Assembly: GCA_964385255.1 (NCBI GenBank)
Contig: CAYLOH010000003.1
Span: 16,424-80,423 of the forward strand
Source: an uncultured Rubrivirga sp.
GTDB lineage: Bacteria > Actinomycetota > Actinomycetes > S36-B12
DNA length: 64,000 bases
Reading direction: 5' to 3'
Under the pieces are notes generated by a model. The model ran no database searches. It was not told the DNA's origin and saw only the letters and a list, made by a program, of their open reading frames with translations. Shown here piece by piece: positions 51,727 to 62,681 of this stretch (its first letter is position 1; every line of letters begins with the position of its first letter). The position numbers and the translations under genes were made by a program.

Positions 51727-52650
51727 TCATCTTCGGGCGGACACTACAACGGCGAGGAAGGCAAGGAGCACGCCGACGAGCAGACCGACGGTGATCATCG
51801 ACCCGGAGGTCGGCACGATCACGTCAAGGAGCACCGCACCGGAAAGTTGCCCGGCGATGGAAATCAATCCGAATCGCAGAACGCCCAGCACGGGGACCAC
51901 CCAGGCAGCGGCGGCGATGAAGGCGACCCCGATCGGGCCACCTAGGTACAGCCATGGTGTCGTCGGCAGTTCGACGAAGGCGAACGGCTCCCCTAGCAGG
52001 CCAACGATCAACACGACCACGGTGAGAACTCCTGCCCCCAAAGCGAAGTTGAGCGCCGTTGCCGTCCACGAACTGGAGGCGCGAGCAACCCGGGCGTTGA
52101 TCGCCTGCTGCAACGCGATGAGCGCACCCGCTGCAATCGACGCGACGATCACCCACCATGCGAAGGACGTGGAAGTCCACCGCGGGAGCACCGAGACGAT
52201 GACGGCAACGAAGCCCACGATGGCAGCAAGGACCCTCGTGGGCGAGACCGCCAACACGCCGACTGGGCCAACGCCCAGTCGATCGATGACCAAAGAGTTC
52301 GTCGTCTGGCCAGCCACCACCGCAACCGTGAACAAGGCCACGCCGACCGCCGGCACCGCAAGGCTCTGCGTCCACACGAAGTAAGCGCCCAGGAAACCTC
52401 CGATCAGTTGCCAGGGCACCAACGTCCGGTTGCGAACGGCTTGCACCAGGGCTCGGACTCCTGCACGTCCAGCCCGTGTGGCACCGACGATGAGGACGAC
52501 CACCATCAGTCCGGTGACGAAACTCACGGTTGCCGCATCGAGGCCACTGTCCAGCGCGAGCGCCAACTGTCCGTTGATGCGGGCCTGGCTGGCGACCATC
52601 AAACCGACGCCGAACGCCACCACGAGCGGAAGCGCCTTGGTCTTGCCCAC
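51727..52650 (-). CDS. DMT superfamily transporter (duplicated YdcZ/DUF606-like)
   Basis: About 10 TM segments and an INGQLA-type motif in the first half. Start set at GTG 52650, immediately after the purH stop; the longest ORF overlaps purH. Confidence 0.68.
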   Translation of the reverse strand: MGKTKALPLVVAFGVGLMVASQARINGQLALALDSGLDAATVSFVTGLMVVVLIVGATRAGRAGVRALVQAVRNRTLVPWQLIGGFLGAYFVWTQSLAVPAVGVALFTVAVVAGQTTNSLVIDRLGVGPVGVLAVSPTRVLAAIVGFVAVIVSVLPRWTSTSFAWWVIVASIAAGALIALQQAINARVARASSSWTATALNFALGAGVLTVVVLIVGLLGEPFAFVELPTTPWLYLGGPIGVAFIAAAAWVVPVLGVLRFGLISIAGQLSGAVLLDVIVPTSGSMITVGLLVGVLLAFLAVVVSARR

Positions 52651-52651
52651 C

Positions 52652-54217
52652 TCAGTGGAAGAAATGGCGTGTCCCGGTGAAGTACATCGTGACACCGGCC
52701 TGCATCGCAGTCTGAATAACTTCCTCGTCACGGACCGAGCCGCCAGGCTGGACCACGGCGCGCACACCCGCGTCGATCAAATGCTGCAATCCATCAGCGA
52801 AGGGGAAGAACGCATCCGAGGCAGCAACGGATCCTCGGGCTCGATCGCCGGCTCGATCGACCGCCAACCGCGCGGAGTCGACTCGATTCACCTGTCCCAT
52901 ACCGATGCCGACTGCGGCTCCCGCGGAGGCCAACAAGATCGCATTGGACTTGACGGAACGGCATGCCGTCCACGCGAATTCCAGATCGCGCAGCGTTCCC
53001 ATATCAGCGCGATCGCCACTGACAAGCGTCCATGTCGCCGAGTCGTCCCCATCGGAGGTGACGTCGTCGATGGACTGCATGAGCATTCCACCGGAGATGG
53101 TGCGCCCTTCGAGCCGCCGGCCCGGATGGGGACCCGCCACCTTCAAGATACGAAGATTCTTCTTCTCCTGCAGGACATCGAGGGCGTCGTTATCGAAATC
53201 CGGAGCGATGATGACTTCCGTGAAAACGTCGGCCATGGCCGTCGCCAATTCGGCGGAGACCGCCCGATTCACGGCCACCACACCACCGAAGGCAGATACC
53301 GGGTCCGTGGCGAAGGCCTTGCGGTAGGCCTCCTCGGCATCGATGCCCACGGCTATGCCACAGGGATTGGCATGTTTGATGATCGCCACCGCGGGTTCGA
53401 CGAAATCGAAGGCAGCACGGCGCGCGGCATCGGCATCGACAAAGTTGTTGTAGCTCATCTGCTTGCCATGCAGCTGCTCTGCAGATGCAACACCGGGTTC
53501 GTTGGTGTGCGCCACATACACAGCCGCACTCTGATGCGGATTCTCCCCATAGCGCAGGACATCCCGCCGAGACCACGAAGCGCCCACCCACCCAGGGAAC
53601 TCCTCACCCCCGGACGTCACCTCGCGGGCCATCCACGTGGCGACCGCGGTGTCGTACGACGCGGTGTGAGCGAAAGCTTCCGCAGCGAGCCGCGCTCGTT
53701 CGTTGAGCGTGAAGCCACCACCGTCGACGGCGCGAAGGACGTCGTCGTAGCGACTTGGTGAGACAACCACAGCTACGTTCGCATAATTCTTGGCTGAAGC
53801 TCGCACCATTGCAGGCCCGCCGATATCGATCTGCTCCACGCACTCGTCGACTCCCGCACCTGAAGACACGGTCTCGGTGAAGGGATACAGATTGACGACG
53901 ACCAAGTCGAACGCAGCAATACCGAGTTCGGCCAGCTGCCGTCGATGGTCGTCCTTGCGCAGGTCCGCCAGCAGGCCGGCATGGACGTGAGGGTGGAGGG
54001 TCTTCACGCGACCGTCCAAGCATTCCGGGAAGCCGGTGACATCGCCGACGAGTGTTACCGGCACCCCTGCGTCAGAGATGACCTTGGCCGTGCTGCCTGT
54101 CGACACGATCTCCACTCCGGCTCGCTGCAGACCACGCGAAAGCTCGACGAGCCCGGACTTGTCGTACACCGACACCAGGGCGCGGCGTATGACGCGCCGT
54201 CCGTCAGATTCCGTCAC
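52652..54217 (-). CDS. purH: bifunctional AICAR transformylase / IMP cyclohydrolase
   Basis: [30 protein letters not shown]. 521 aa. Confidence 0.95.
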   Translation of the reverse strand: MTESDGRRVIRRALVSVYDKSGLVELSRGLQRAGVEIVSTGSTAKVISDAGVPVTLVGDVTGFPECLDGRVKTLHPHVHAGLLADLRKDDHRRQLAELGIAAFDLVVVNLYPFTETVSSGAGVDECVEQIDIGGPAMVRASAKNYANVAVVVSPSRYDDVLRAVDGGGFTLNERARLAAEAFAHTASYDTAVATWMAREVTSGGEEFPGWVGASWSRRDVLRYGENPHQSAAVYVAHTNEPGVASAEQLHGKQMSYNNFVDADAARRAAFDFVEPAVAIIKHANPCGIAVGIDAEEAYRKAFATDPVSAFGGVVAVNRAVSAELATAMADVFTEVIIAPDFDNDALDVLQEKKNLRILKVAGPHPGRRLEGRTISGGMLMQSIDDVTSDGDDSATWTLVSGDRADMGTLRDLEFAWTACRSVKSNAILLASAGAAVGIGMGQVNRVDSARLAVDRAGDRARGSVAASDAFFPFADGLQHLIDAGVRAVVQPGGSVRDEEVIQTAMQAGVTMYFTGTRHFFH

Positions 54218-54798
54218 CCGAACGTCACCGACCTTCCGTTGATCGAGAGCCCACTGACCAGGATTCTCTCCACGACATCTACCAACAAGACTCGCTCCAC
54301 CTGCTTGATTCGCTCCTGCAGGGAGTGTGCGTCGTCGTTCTCCTCGACGACGATCGCCTGTTGGGCCACGATGGGGCCGGTGTCAACTCCACTGTCGACG
54401 ACATGGATGGTGCAGCCCGTCACCTTCACGCCGTAGGCGAGCGCGTCTGCGACGGCGTGGGCTCCGGGGAACGCTGGGAGCAGGGCCGGGTGCGAGTTGA
54501 TGATGCGACCCGGAAAGGCGGCGAGGGTTGCCGGTCCCAGAATCCGCATGAAACCGGCGCACACGACGAGGTCGGTTTCGTAGGTTGCTAGGCGAGCTAC
54601 CAGATCGCGATTCCACTGCTCCCGATCGGCATCCACCGGAACGACGAATGTCTCGATGCCAGCTGCTCGTGCCTTGGACAGCGCGGGGGCGTCGGGAACA
54701 TCCGAGCCGACCGCCACGATGTGGTCGCGAACCGACGATTCGATGAGGGCTTGGAGGAGTGTTCCTGCGCCGGAGGCGAGCACGGCGATCGACGGCAC
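54214..54798 (-). CDS. purN: phosphoribosylglycinamide formyltransferase
   Basis: [16 protein letters not shown] and [15 protein letters not shown] start. Confidence 0.92.
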   Translation of the reverse strand: MPSIAVLASGAGTLLQALIESSVRDHIVAVGSDVPDAPALSKARAAGIETFVVPVDADREQWNRDLVARLATYETDLVVCAGFMRILGPATLAAFPGRIINSHPALLPAFPGAHAVADALAYGVKVTGCTIHVVDSGVDTGPIVAQQAIVVEENDDAHSLQERIKQVERVLLVDVVERILVSGLSINGRSVTFG

Positions 54799-54844
54799 GA
54801 CGAGAGCCTAGTGCGACGAGCGGCGGTTCAGCAGCGCGTGTACG

Positions 54845-55543
54845 TCAACCGATGACCGACTCATCGTTGAACTGTCGGTACAGGTGGGCGGTGAAGAGCG
54901 AGGCTATTGGCAAGGTCAACAACGTGAACAGGCCGAAGAACACGCTTCCCAGCAGCAGCACCAACGCGTTGAGCACCGTCATCATGAACGCGGCGGGGAG
55001 GTTACGCCGAATGGCCTTGGCGCTTGCAGCGAATGCCTGCCCGACTCGCATTCCCCGATCCAAGACGTAGTAGGGGCCGAGTTGGAAGAAGAAGATCACC
55101 AGGAGTCCCGGCAGCACGAACAGCAAGAAGCCGAACCCCGCCAGTAGTGCATAGACGAGTTGGAAGAGCAGGTACTTGCCCAGATTGTGGCCGTCCAAGA
55201 GCGCGTCGAAGCCCGGCTCTTGACCCAATGTCGCCCGAATCGCGGCACGAATGACCCCGACCGTCACCACGATTGTCAAGACCGCGAAGATCAGCGTCAG
55301 CGTTCCCGACGTGAGTACCTGCGTAGCTAGCGCATTGGTGCATGCCGCTTGCTGTCCTGGGGTTTGCGGATCGGCACACTCATTGACGACATTGGTGAGC
55401 GGCCGCACGCTCATCTGCTGCAGAAACTGGACCGCGGTGACGATCGCAGCCAAGGCGATGAATGCAAGGAAATTGCGGCGGAACGTCGCGATGGCCCACG
55501 TCGCTGCGGCGCGTACTTGGACCAAAGGGTCGGATCCGTTCAT
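54845..55543 (-). CDS. integral membrane protein, unknown function
   Basis: 232 aa with about 5 hydrophobic helices and an extracytoplasmic Cys pair (NECADP...QQAACTN). Its start overlaps the upstream gene's stop. Confidence 0.55.
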   Translation of the reverse strand: MNGSDPLVQVRAAATWAIATFRRNFLAFIALAAIVTAVQFLQQMSVRPLTNVVNECADPQTPGQQAACTNALATQVLTSGTLTLIFAVLTIVVTVGVIRAAIRATLGQEPGFDALLDGHNLGKYLLFQLVYALLAGFGFLLFVLPGLLVIFFFQLGPYYVLDRGMRVGQAFAASAKAIRRNLPAAFMMTVLNALVLLLGSVFFGLFTLLTLPIASLFTAHLYRQFNDESVIG

Positions 55544-56895
55544 GCCGGAGCCTCATGAGTGCTCACGCCCGCGCCCTGGGATTGCGGATCGTGCACAACG
55601 CGCAGGCGCCTCGCCCGACGCCTCGCCCGAAGGACGCTCGTCGGCAATGAACCGATAACCAATCCGACACCCGCGAGAAGGGAGCCCAGACCAGGGTCGG
55701 GACCGATAGCCGCCAGCCGGCCATCCCCCATCGCACCGGAGCTCAGCCACAGATACCCGTACATCCCGGCAGCAGTCAGAGCCGAGGCGACCAACGCGAG
55801 CGAGATCCGAATCAGCGGTCCTTCGCGGGCTGCCCACCGCGATATCGACAGACCGATAAGCGCACCAGCGAGGATGGTCAAGGCCGGGAGTGCCCACGTT
55901 GCCGGACCCGACATCTCCGGCAATGCCGCCAGCGGCGGGAAGGTAGGCAAAGGTGTCGGAGGAACTGCGGCCACGAAAGGAGAGACCAGCACGTCGGGCC
56001 CCAGCGAGATGCCCGCTCCCACCACGTAAGCCAGCGCCCAGCCGACCAATGTGGGCAGATAACCCAACGAGATCACCGTGATGACGACCGCGTCGGCGAA
56101 AGACGGCTGCAGCGACGCGACAACGGAAACGATCTCCCCGAAGGACCTTGCGGTAGCGACCGCCAAGACGAGCGCGCCGATTCCCACAAGCGCGAAGAAA
56201 CCGACCAGTGACGCACGCACCATCACGCGAACGACCGTCGGAATATGGACGAGCGCCTGCCGAGGCAGGGCACTAGCCCGCCACATACCCGACCCCACAC
56301 CGACAAGGCCGATGACCATCGCTACCGCCATGGCTTGGCGTGCGTTTGTTTGGACCTCGGGCAGATCGGCGAGCATCGAGACTCCCCCGACCATGACCGC
56401 GCCGATCGCAACGGCCAGTCCCCAGGTGACAACAAGGGTCCGCCAGCGACCGGGGCGGACGACTCTGACGAGCCAGCGCCCCGCCTGGTGGGACAGCCAG
56501 AGGGGAATGAGAGCCAGCCCCCAGGGAATCAGCGTGTAGTCGATACCCATGAGTTGGACGGGCACTCCATACGACATCACCCAGGCTGTACCGGTGATCG
56601 CCAAAGCCTCCTGCCAAGGACCGGCGGGCTCGACGCCTCCCCACCACGCACCGGCCACCACCAATCCGACGACAGACAGACCCACCAGCGCCACCGACAA
56701 AGCCGCGATGGGCGCTGCGACGAGGGGTGAGCGTCCGATGCCCTGGAGTACTCGACCGACCGACCGCAGGATCGCCCGCGATCGGCGCCGGACCTTCAGG
56801 AGAATTCGCCCGATGGCTGCAGCAATGCGCATGGGCCACGGAAGGGCCTGCGGCGCGGTAGGTGCACCCGGGCGTTCGACGGTGGGTGCACTCAC
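55540..56895 (-). CDS. polytopic membrane protein, PerM/DUF6350-like
   Basis: 451 aa with more than 10 TM segments. Its position upstream of purN-purH matches mycobacterial perM as I recall. Confidence 0.65.
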   Translation of the reverse strand: MSAPTVERPGAPTAPQALPWPMRIAAAIGRILLKVRRRSRAILRSVGRVLQGIGRSPLVAAPIAALSVALVGLSVVGLVVAGAWWGGVEPAGPWQEALAITGTAWVMSYGVPVQLMGIDYTLIPWGLALIPLWLSHQAGRWLVRVVRPGRWRTLVVTWGLAVAIGAVMVGGVSMLADLPEVQTNARQAMAVAMVIGLVGVGSGMWRASALPRQALVHIPTVVRVMVRASLVGFFALVGIGALVLAVATARSFGEIVSVVASLQPSFADAVVITVISLGYLPTLVGWALAYVVGAGISLGPDVLVSPFVAAVPPTPLPTFPPLAALPEMSGPATWALPALTILAGALIGLSISRWAAREGPLIRISLALVASALTAAGMYGYLWLSSGAMGDGRLAAIGPDPGLGSLLAGVGLVIGSLPTSVLRARRRARRLRVVHDPQSQGAGVSTHEAPA

Positions 56896-56946
56896 CGCTC
56901 AAGGCTGCCAGCGAGGGGCGATCCACCGGCGCAACGACACGATCGA

Positions 56947-57705
56947 CTACCCGTTGATGATCAACCACAGGCTCGCTGCGGCGCTCAACGTGAGGGCGAT
57001 CCGCTCGAACCACGTCTGATTCATCCGACGGAAGGAGGCGATGCCGATCAGGGCACCGACGATGATGAGCGGCGCGAACCACAGGTTCGCAATCAACGAC
57101 TCCTGCGTGATCAAACCCAGTGGGACGACGATCGGGACCTTGATGAGGTTCAAGATGAAGAAGAACCACACGCTGGTGCCCATGAAGGCAAGCATCGGCA
57201 CACGCATGGTGATCAAGTAGAGCGTCATCGCAGCACCGCCGGCATTCGCCGCCATCGTCGTAACGCCCGTCAAAGTGCCGTAGAAACCCACCTCCAGCCT
57301 TCGGACCGTTCGGCCGTCCTCCGGTTCGGCGACGAAGGTTGTGCGTCGACGCATGACCTCCAGGCCGACCGAGACAAGTAGCAGTACCCCGATCACCCGT
57401 GCGATGAGGTCGGGCGAAGCGAAAGCGAACAGCAACGCGGTGATCGCGAAACCCACCAAAACTCCTGGAACGATCTTCGCGATGAGTCGCCAATTCGCGT
57501 GCTGGCGGAAGTAGAGCAGTCCCATGAGATCGCCCAACAGGAGCAGCGGGACGGCGAAACCCGCGGCAACAGTCGGACCGAGCGCGGCAGCCAACATCGG
57601 ACCGGCGACGACACCGGCTACCGGCATCGCTGTCTTGGAGAACCCGTACAGAAGGACTGCGACGCCCACGACCACCGCGAGAAGCGGCGCCCAGGTCTCA
57701 GGCAT
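56947..57705 (-). CDS. TauE/SafE family sulfite/anion exporter
   Basis: 252 aa with about 8 TM segments and repeated G-rich helices typical of TauE. Confidence 0.75.
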   Translation of the reverse strand: MPETWAPLLAVVVGVAVLLYGFSKTAMPVAGVVAGPMLAAALGPTVAAGFAVPLLLLGDLMGLLYFRQHANWRLIAKIVPGVLVGFAITALLFAFASPDLIARVIGVLLLVSVGLEVMRRRTTFVAEPEDGRTVRRLEVGFYGTLTGVTTMAANAGGAAMTLYLITMRVPMLAFMGTSVWFFFILNLIKVPIVVPLGLITQESLIANLWFAPLIIVGALIGIASFRRMNQTWFERIALTLSAAASLWLIING

Positions 57706-57732
57706 GGTCGGACGGCGATTCGCGAGACAGGA

Positions 57733-58602
57733 CTATCCGCCCATGATCTCGCGCATCAAACGAGCTGTTGCGCTCGGCGTACGTCCGACTTTGACTCCCA
57801 CCGCCTCGAGGGCCTCCTGCTTGGCTGCGGCAGTTCCGGCCGATCCGGACACGATGGCACCGGCGTGCCCCATGGTCTTGCCCTCGGGAGCGGTGAACCC
57901 TGCCACGTAGCCGACGACCGGCTTGCTCACGTTCTCCGCAATGAATGCCGCCGCACGTTCCTCAGCGTCACCACCGATCTCACCGATCATGACGATGGCG
58001 TCCGTCTCCGGATCAGCCTGGAAGGCGGCGAGGCAATCGATGTGCGTCGTACCAATGATCGGATCGCCGCCGATGCCCACGCAGGTCGAGAAACCGATGT
58101 CACGAAGCTCGTACATCATTTGGTACGTCAGCGTTCCCGACTTCGATACCAGCCCGATGCGCCCAGGACGGGTGATATCCGCAGGGATGATGCCGGCGTT
58201 GGATTGCCCAGGACTGATGATGCCCGGGCAGTTCGGGCCGATGATCCGCGTGGTTGCCGCGTTCTGCGAATACTGGAAGAACTGCGCAGTGTCGTGGACC
58301 GGTATGCCTTCGGTGATGACCACGCACAAGGGAATAGCCGCATCGACAGCCTCTTCCACAGCGCCCTTGGCGAACTTGGGGGGGACGAACACCACCGAGA
58401 CGTTCGCTCCAGTCTGCGACATCGCCGTAGCGACGTCATCGAAGATCGGAATCCCATCGACGTCTTGACCGGCCTTGCCGGGAGTCACGCCGGCGACGAC
58501 GTTCGCACCGCTTGCGACCATACGGCGGGTGTGTTTGGTTCCTTCGGAGCCGGTCATTCCTTGAACGAGGATCTTGCTGTTGCTGTCGAGCCAGATGGCC
58601 AT
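57733..58602 (-). CDS. sucD: succinate--CoA ligase subunit alpha
   Basis: [15 protein letters not shown] and MGHAGAIV (phospho-His). Start at ATG 58602. Confidence 0.95.
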   Translation of the reverse strand: MAIWLDSNSKILVQGMTGSEGTKHTRRMVASGANVVAGVTPGKAGQDVDGIPIFDDVATAMSQTGANVSVVFVPPKFAKGAVEEAVDAAIPLCVVITEGIPVHDTAQFFQYSQNAATTRIIGPNCPGIISPGQSNAGIIPADITRPGRIGLVSKSGTLTYQMMYELRDIGFSTCVGIGGDPIIGTTHIDCLAAFQADPETDAIVMIGEIGGDAEERAAAFIAENVSKPVVGYVAGFTAPEGKTMGHAGAIVSGSAGTAAAKQEALEAVGVKVGRTPSATARLMREIMGG

Positions 58603-58612
58603 GTTGTCGTCC

Positions 58613-59800
58613 CTACTTTCCGGCTGCGCGGGCAGCTGCCAACTCGGCAACCCGTCGCGCGGCGTCGTCCATGGTCTCTACCAGTTCGATGAGGTCGTGT
58701 TCGGCCTCGTTCAAGATGCGCCTGCCTTCCTCGGCGTTGTTGCCGTCGATGCGACACACGATCGGCTTGGTAACCGATTCCCCGCGCTGCTCGAGCATGG
58801 AGATCGCCTGCACGATGCCGTTGGCGACCGCGTCGCACGCGGTGATGCCCCCGAATACGTTGACGAAGACCGCCTGGACATCGGGGTCGCCGAGGACGAT
58901 GTCCAAACCGTTGGCCATCACTTCCGCCGACGCACCGCCTCCGATATCGAGGAAATTCGCGGGTTCGACACCGCCGAACTCCTCTCCCGCGTATGACACG
59001 ACGTCGAGCGTGCTCATCACCAACCCGGCGCCGTTGCCGATGATGCCTACGGAGCCATCGAGCTTGACGTAATTCAGGTCGAGATCCTTGGCTCGCAGTT
59101 CGATGGGGTCGGTGCCCTCTCGATCGATGAGGTCCTGGTGGTGGGGGTGACGGAACGCGGCATTCGCATCGAGAGTGACCTTGCCGTCCAGGGCGAGTAC
59201 CCGACCATCGGGTGTCTGCACGAGTGGGTTCACCTCGACCAAGGTCGCGTCTTCCTCGACCATGGTTCGCCACAACTCGACGAGGATGTCGGCGACCTGA
59301 GCTCGGATCGGCTCGGGGAAGTTGGCCGCTGCCGCGATCTCCCTCGCCTTCGCGGGCGACACTCCGTCGAGCGCGTCGACGCGAACCTTGGCCAGAGCCT
59401 CTGGTTTGGTGGCCGCGACCTCCTCGATGTCTACGCCACCTTCCACGCTCGCCATCGCGAGGAACGCCCTGTTCGCTCGGTCCAGAAGGAAGGAGACGTA
59501 GTACTCCTCGGAGATATCCGACGCCTGCGCCACCAGCACCCTATGCACCGTGTGACCCTTGATGTCCATACCCAAGATGGCTTCGGCCTTCGCGCGGGCA
59601 TCGGCAGGGTCATCGGCGAGTTTCACGCCTCCTGCTTTGCCGCGTCCGCCCGTCTTGACTTGGGCCTTCACCACCACCGGACCGCCGATGCGCGCTGCTA
59701 CCGCTTCGGCCTCGGCCGGAGTGACGCACACATCGCCCGGCGTGGTCGGGACGTCATGTCGAACGAACAGTTCCTTGGCCTGGTACTCGTACAGGTCCAC
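58613..59800 (-). CDS. sucC: succinate--CoA ligase subunit beta
   Basis: [12 protein letters not shown] and an ATP-grasp fold. 395 aa. Confidence 0.95.
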   Translation of the reverse strand: MDLYEYQAKELFVRHDVPTTPGDVCVTPAEAEAVAARIGGPVVVKAQVKTGGRGKAGGVKLADDPADARAKAEAILGMDIKGHTVHRVLVAQASDISEEYYVSFLLDRANRAFLAMASVEGGVDIEEVAATKPEALAKVRVDALDGVSPAKAREIAAAANFPEPIRAQVADILVELWRTMVEEDATLVEVNPLVQTPDGRVLALDGKVTLDANAAFRHPHHQDLIDREGTDPIELRAKDLDLNYVKLDGSVGIIGNGAGLVMSTLDVVSYAGEEFGGVEPANFLDIGGGASAEVMANGLDIVLGDPDVQAVFVNVFGGITACDAVANGIVQAISMLEQRGESVTKPIVCRIDGNNAEEGRRILNEAEHDLIELVETMDDAARRVAELAAARAAGK

Positions 59801-59859
59801 GTTTCTCCTTGCTCATCCTCGGTTTGGAGCCGACACGTTAGTGATCGGTGCGATCAGAT

Positions 59860-60267
59860 TCAGTTCAGTGCGCGGTTCGCGGCGTTCGCGTTCACCCAAT
59901 CGACAACATCCTGGGTGGGGGTTCCCGGAGTGAAGATGCGCGCGACGCCCATCTTCTCCAACTCCGGTATATCAGCGTCGGGGATGATCCCACCCCCGAA
60001 GACCACGATGTCCGTTGCTTCGTTGCGAGCGAGCAGGTCCATCACCTCGGCGAACAAAGTCATGTGCGCGCCGGAGAGGATGCTCATGCCGATGAAGTCA
60101 GCGTCCTCGGACAAAGCGGCATCGACCACCTGCTGCGGCGTCTGGTGCAGACCCGTGTAGATCACCTCGATACCCGCATCGCGAAGCGCACGGGCGATGA
60201 CCTTGGCGCCCCGGTCGTGTCCATCCAAACCAGGCTTCGCCACCACGACTCGGATAGGTCGGGCCAT
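59860..60267 (-). CDS. methylmalonyl-CoA mutase family B12-binding (small) subunit
   Basis: [24 protein letters not shown] carries the DxHxxG cobalamin motif. About 135 aa. GGAGG lies 6 nt before ATG 60267. Confidence 0.88.
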   Translation of the reverse strand: MARPIRVVVAKPGLDGHDRGAKVIARALRDAGIEVIYTGLHQTPQQVVDAALSEDADFIGMSILSGAHMTLFAEVMDLLARNEATDIVVFGGGIIPDADIPELEKMGVARIFTPGTPTQDVVDWVNANAANRALN

Positions 60268-60364
60268 CGTGAACCTCCAACGTGTCGAGCGCACCATACC
60301 GCCGCGGCGAATCGTATATGGTCTACTTTCGACGATCGCCAGACGGGCGATATATGCTTCCCGG

Positions 60365-61426
60365 GTGTTCGGGAAAAGCCCCCGTGACAGCCCTCACATT
60401 TCCGTCAACGCGCTCCCCGCGCACCAGCCAGGACGTACAGTCCTTGCCTACCGTTGCAGGAGGCGCGCGATTTCCGGACAAGCTGCCCTAGGTTCCCTCC
60501 TGGACTGCAGCCTGACGTCGACCCGCAGTTCCGTCCTCCGCGATGAGGTCGCCGCGCGGACCACACCCCATGAAGTGCATGCCCCCGACGGCCGCTTGAA
60601 CGGCAAGGTGGGGGCGCTGTGCCTGCCAACTTCACGCCTGGTCTTCGTTCGCTACGGCGGGAACGTAGTTGTTGAGGCGCCTGCGACGGGCGAGCGTCTC
60701 GTCGCCACCGTGCCACTCGGGCCGATGCAGGCACGCGAGGGACGCAGGCCGACGGGGCGGACGCACTCATCCGGATTCTTGCTATCCCAACGCGACAGCA
60801 CGGTGATGCGCCCCGATCCCTGGCGGGGTGCCTTGGTGATTGCGAGCGACCCGGCCCGGCTCGCCGAGCACACCGAACTCGTCCTCGACGATGGCCGTAT
60901 CGACGCACCGGAGGAGATCGCCGGCTTGGCGGACTCACCGCTTCTCGAACGCGCCTGTCGAAACATCTGGTCGATTGCGACGACTTTGCCGCAGGAGACC
61001 CCCGATGCCTTGGTCGAAGGTTTGATGATCGCCTTGGAGGAGCAACTCCTCACCGCACTGATCCTCGCGGCTCGACATGCACGTGGTGTGGGTACCGGTG
61101 ATGTGCGTGTCGACGAATTGATCTCGTGGCTGGCGGAGCACTACGCATCGCCTGTCACCTTGACCGACATGGCTCGCATCGTCGGAGTCAGCATCCGACG
61201 CATGCAGGAAGCAGTACGAAACGCGACCGGACACACCCCCACCGACTTGCTGCGAGAGATCCGCCTGGATGCTGCGCATCGAACACTTCGCGAGGCCGAT
61301 CCTCATGTGACGACTGTCGCGGCGGTGGCACACTCCTGCGGTATCGCTCACCTGGGTCGCTTCGCGGTCCACTACAAGCGACGTTATGGATGCTCACCTT
61401 CGACAACTCTCCAAGGAGTTGACTGA
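60365..61426 (+). CDS. AraC family transcriptional regulator
   Basis: C-terminal dual HTH ([27 protein letters not shown]...[22 protein letters not shown]). The N-terminus looks like an AraC ligand-binding domain. The start is uncertain: GTG 60365, ATT 60470 (6 nt after AGGAGG) or GTG 60575. Confidence 0.72.
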   Translation: MFGKSPRDSPHISVNALPAHQPGRTVLAYRCRRRAISGQAALGSLLDCSLTSTRSSVLRDEVAARTTPHEVHAPDGRLNGKVGALCLPTSRLVFVRYGGNVVVEAPATGERLVATVPLGPMQAREGRRPTGRTHSSGFLLSQRDSTVMRPDPWRGALVIASDPARLAEHTELVLDDGRIDAPEEIAGLADSPLLERACRNIWSIATTLPQETPDALVEGLMIALEEQLLTALILAARHARGVGTGDVRVDELISWLAEHYASPVTLTDMARIVGVSIRRMQEAVRNATGHTPTDLLREIRLDAAHRTLREADPHVTTVAAVAHSCGIAHLGRFAVHYKRRYGCSPSTTLQGVD

Positions 61427-61429
61427 ATC

Positions 61430-62053
61430 GTGGAACCGCGCATTTTGGTCGTCTACTACTCCGCGACGGGCAATGTCGCACGCCTAGCCCATGCCTTGGC
61501 CGAAGGCGCCTCAACGATCGGGGGTGAGGTGCGAACACGACGCGTCGCCGAGACCGCTCCGGACGAAGCGATCGCCAGCAACCCGCGCTGGCAGGAGTAC
61601 CTGGCGCGCGAGGATCTCGACCCGATCGTCACCTTGGACGATGTTTCCTGGGCTGAGGGCATGGCTATCGGTTCGCCCACGCGCTTCGGAGGCCCGGCAA
61701 GTCAATTGAAGGCTTTCCTCGACACCACCGGCGGGCTGTGGATGAAGGGCGACTTACTCGACAAGGTGTGCACGGCCTTCACATCCGCTTCGACCGGGCA
61801 TGGGGGCCTGGAGAGCACCATCTTGGCCATCAACAACCACTGCTATCACTGGGGTTGCCTGATAATGCCGCTCGGCTATCCGGACAGTCACATTCTCAAG
61901 ACCACGGGGAATCCGTATGGATCTTCGTTTGTGGCTCGAGGCGGTTCCACTCCCGACGACGACTCCCTCGCCGCCGCCCGAACCCAAGGCGAGCGACTGG
62001 CGACCATCGTTCGGGACATACACCGGGGACGAAGGGAAGAAGCCTCGCAATGA
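61430..62053 (+). CDS. wrbA: NAD(P)H:quinone oxidoreductase, WrbA-type flavodoxin
   Basis: ILVVYYSATGNVARLA and GSPTRFG. 207 aa. Confidence 0.85.
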   Translation: MEPRILVVYYSATGNVARLAHALAEGASTIGGEVRTRRVAETAPDEAIASNPRWQEYLAREDLDPIVTLDDVSWAEGMAIGSPTRFGGPASQLKAFLDTTGGLWMKGDLLDKVCTAFTSASTGHGGLESTILAINNHCYHWGCLIMPLGYPDSHILKTTGNPYGSSFVARGGSTPDDDSLAAARTQGERLATIVRDIHRGRREEASQ

Positions 62054-62628
62054 GTGATGACGTAGTGACCATCGTCGCGATTGGCGGCAGTACTCGACCG
62101 GGATCGTCGAGCGAGTTGGCGGTCCGCTGCGCGGGTCGCGCGGCAGAGGCCGCAGGGGCAAACGTCGTCTACATCACCGGGCGGGACCTCATCCTGCCGA
62201 TCTACGACACGGAGACGAACGACCGAACGGAGCAGGCGCGCACGTTGGTCGAGGCCATCCGGGGTGCGCACGGACTGCTCATCGCAAGCCCCGGCTACCA
62301 CGGCGGAATCAGCGGCATGATCAAGAACGCCCTGGACTACATCGAGGATCTGCGAGAAGACGACCGACCGTACTTGCACGGTCGCGCCGTGGGTTGTATC
62401 GCGGTGGCCTATGGCTGGCAGGCGACGGTCTCGACGCTTCATCAGATTCGTCAGGTCACGCACGCACTGCGCGGGTGGCCGACTCCTCTCGGGGCGACGA
62501 TCAACGCCCAGACGACGAAATTCGCCGCCGATGCCACTACCGACGATCAGGCCGCCACGCAGCAGCTGACAACGATCGGTGAGCAGGTAGTCGAGTTCGC
62601 TCGGATGCGCACCCGAAGCGGGAGCTGA
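62050..62628 (+). CDS. NADPH-dependent FMN reductase family protein
   Basis: ATGA overlap with the wrbA stop. IVAIGGSTRPGSSSE and ASPGYHGGISGMIKNALDY. Confidence 0.8.
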   Translation: MSDDVVTIVAIGGSTRPGSSSELAVRCAGRAAEAAGANVVYITGRDLILPIYDTETNDRTEQARTLVEAIRGAHGLLIASPGYHGGISGMIKNALDYIEDLREDDRPYLHGRAVGCIAVAYGWQATVSTLHQIRQVTHALRGWPTPLGATINAQTTKFAADATTDDQAATQQLTTIGEQVVEFARMRTRSGS

Positions 62629-62681
62629 CTCCGCCAACGCACAGCTGCCACGCAGTCGGGTCGGGTCAGTATCCTCACCGG

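Noticed and set aside
52430-53761. 443-aa + strand ORF
   Set aside because: It is antisense to purH and the DMT transporter gene, with no recognisable motif.
56273-57493. 406-aa minus-strand ORF spanning the PerM-like/TauE junction
   Set aside because: It is an alternative frame of two hydrophobic membrane-protein genes. The translation is R/G/H/P-rich, and it would have to read through the 51-nt gap between two better-supported ORFs.
57499-58692. 397-aa + strand ORF
   Set aside because: It is antisense to sucD and TauE, and sucD is unambiguous.
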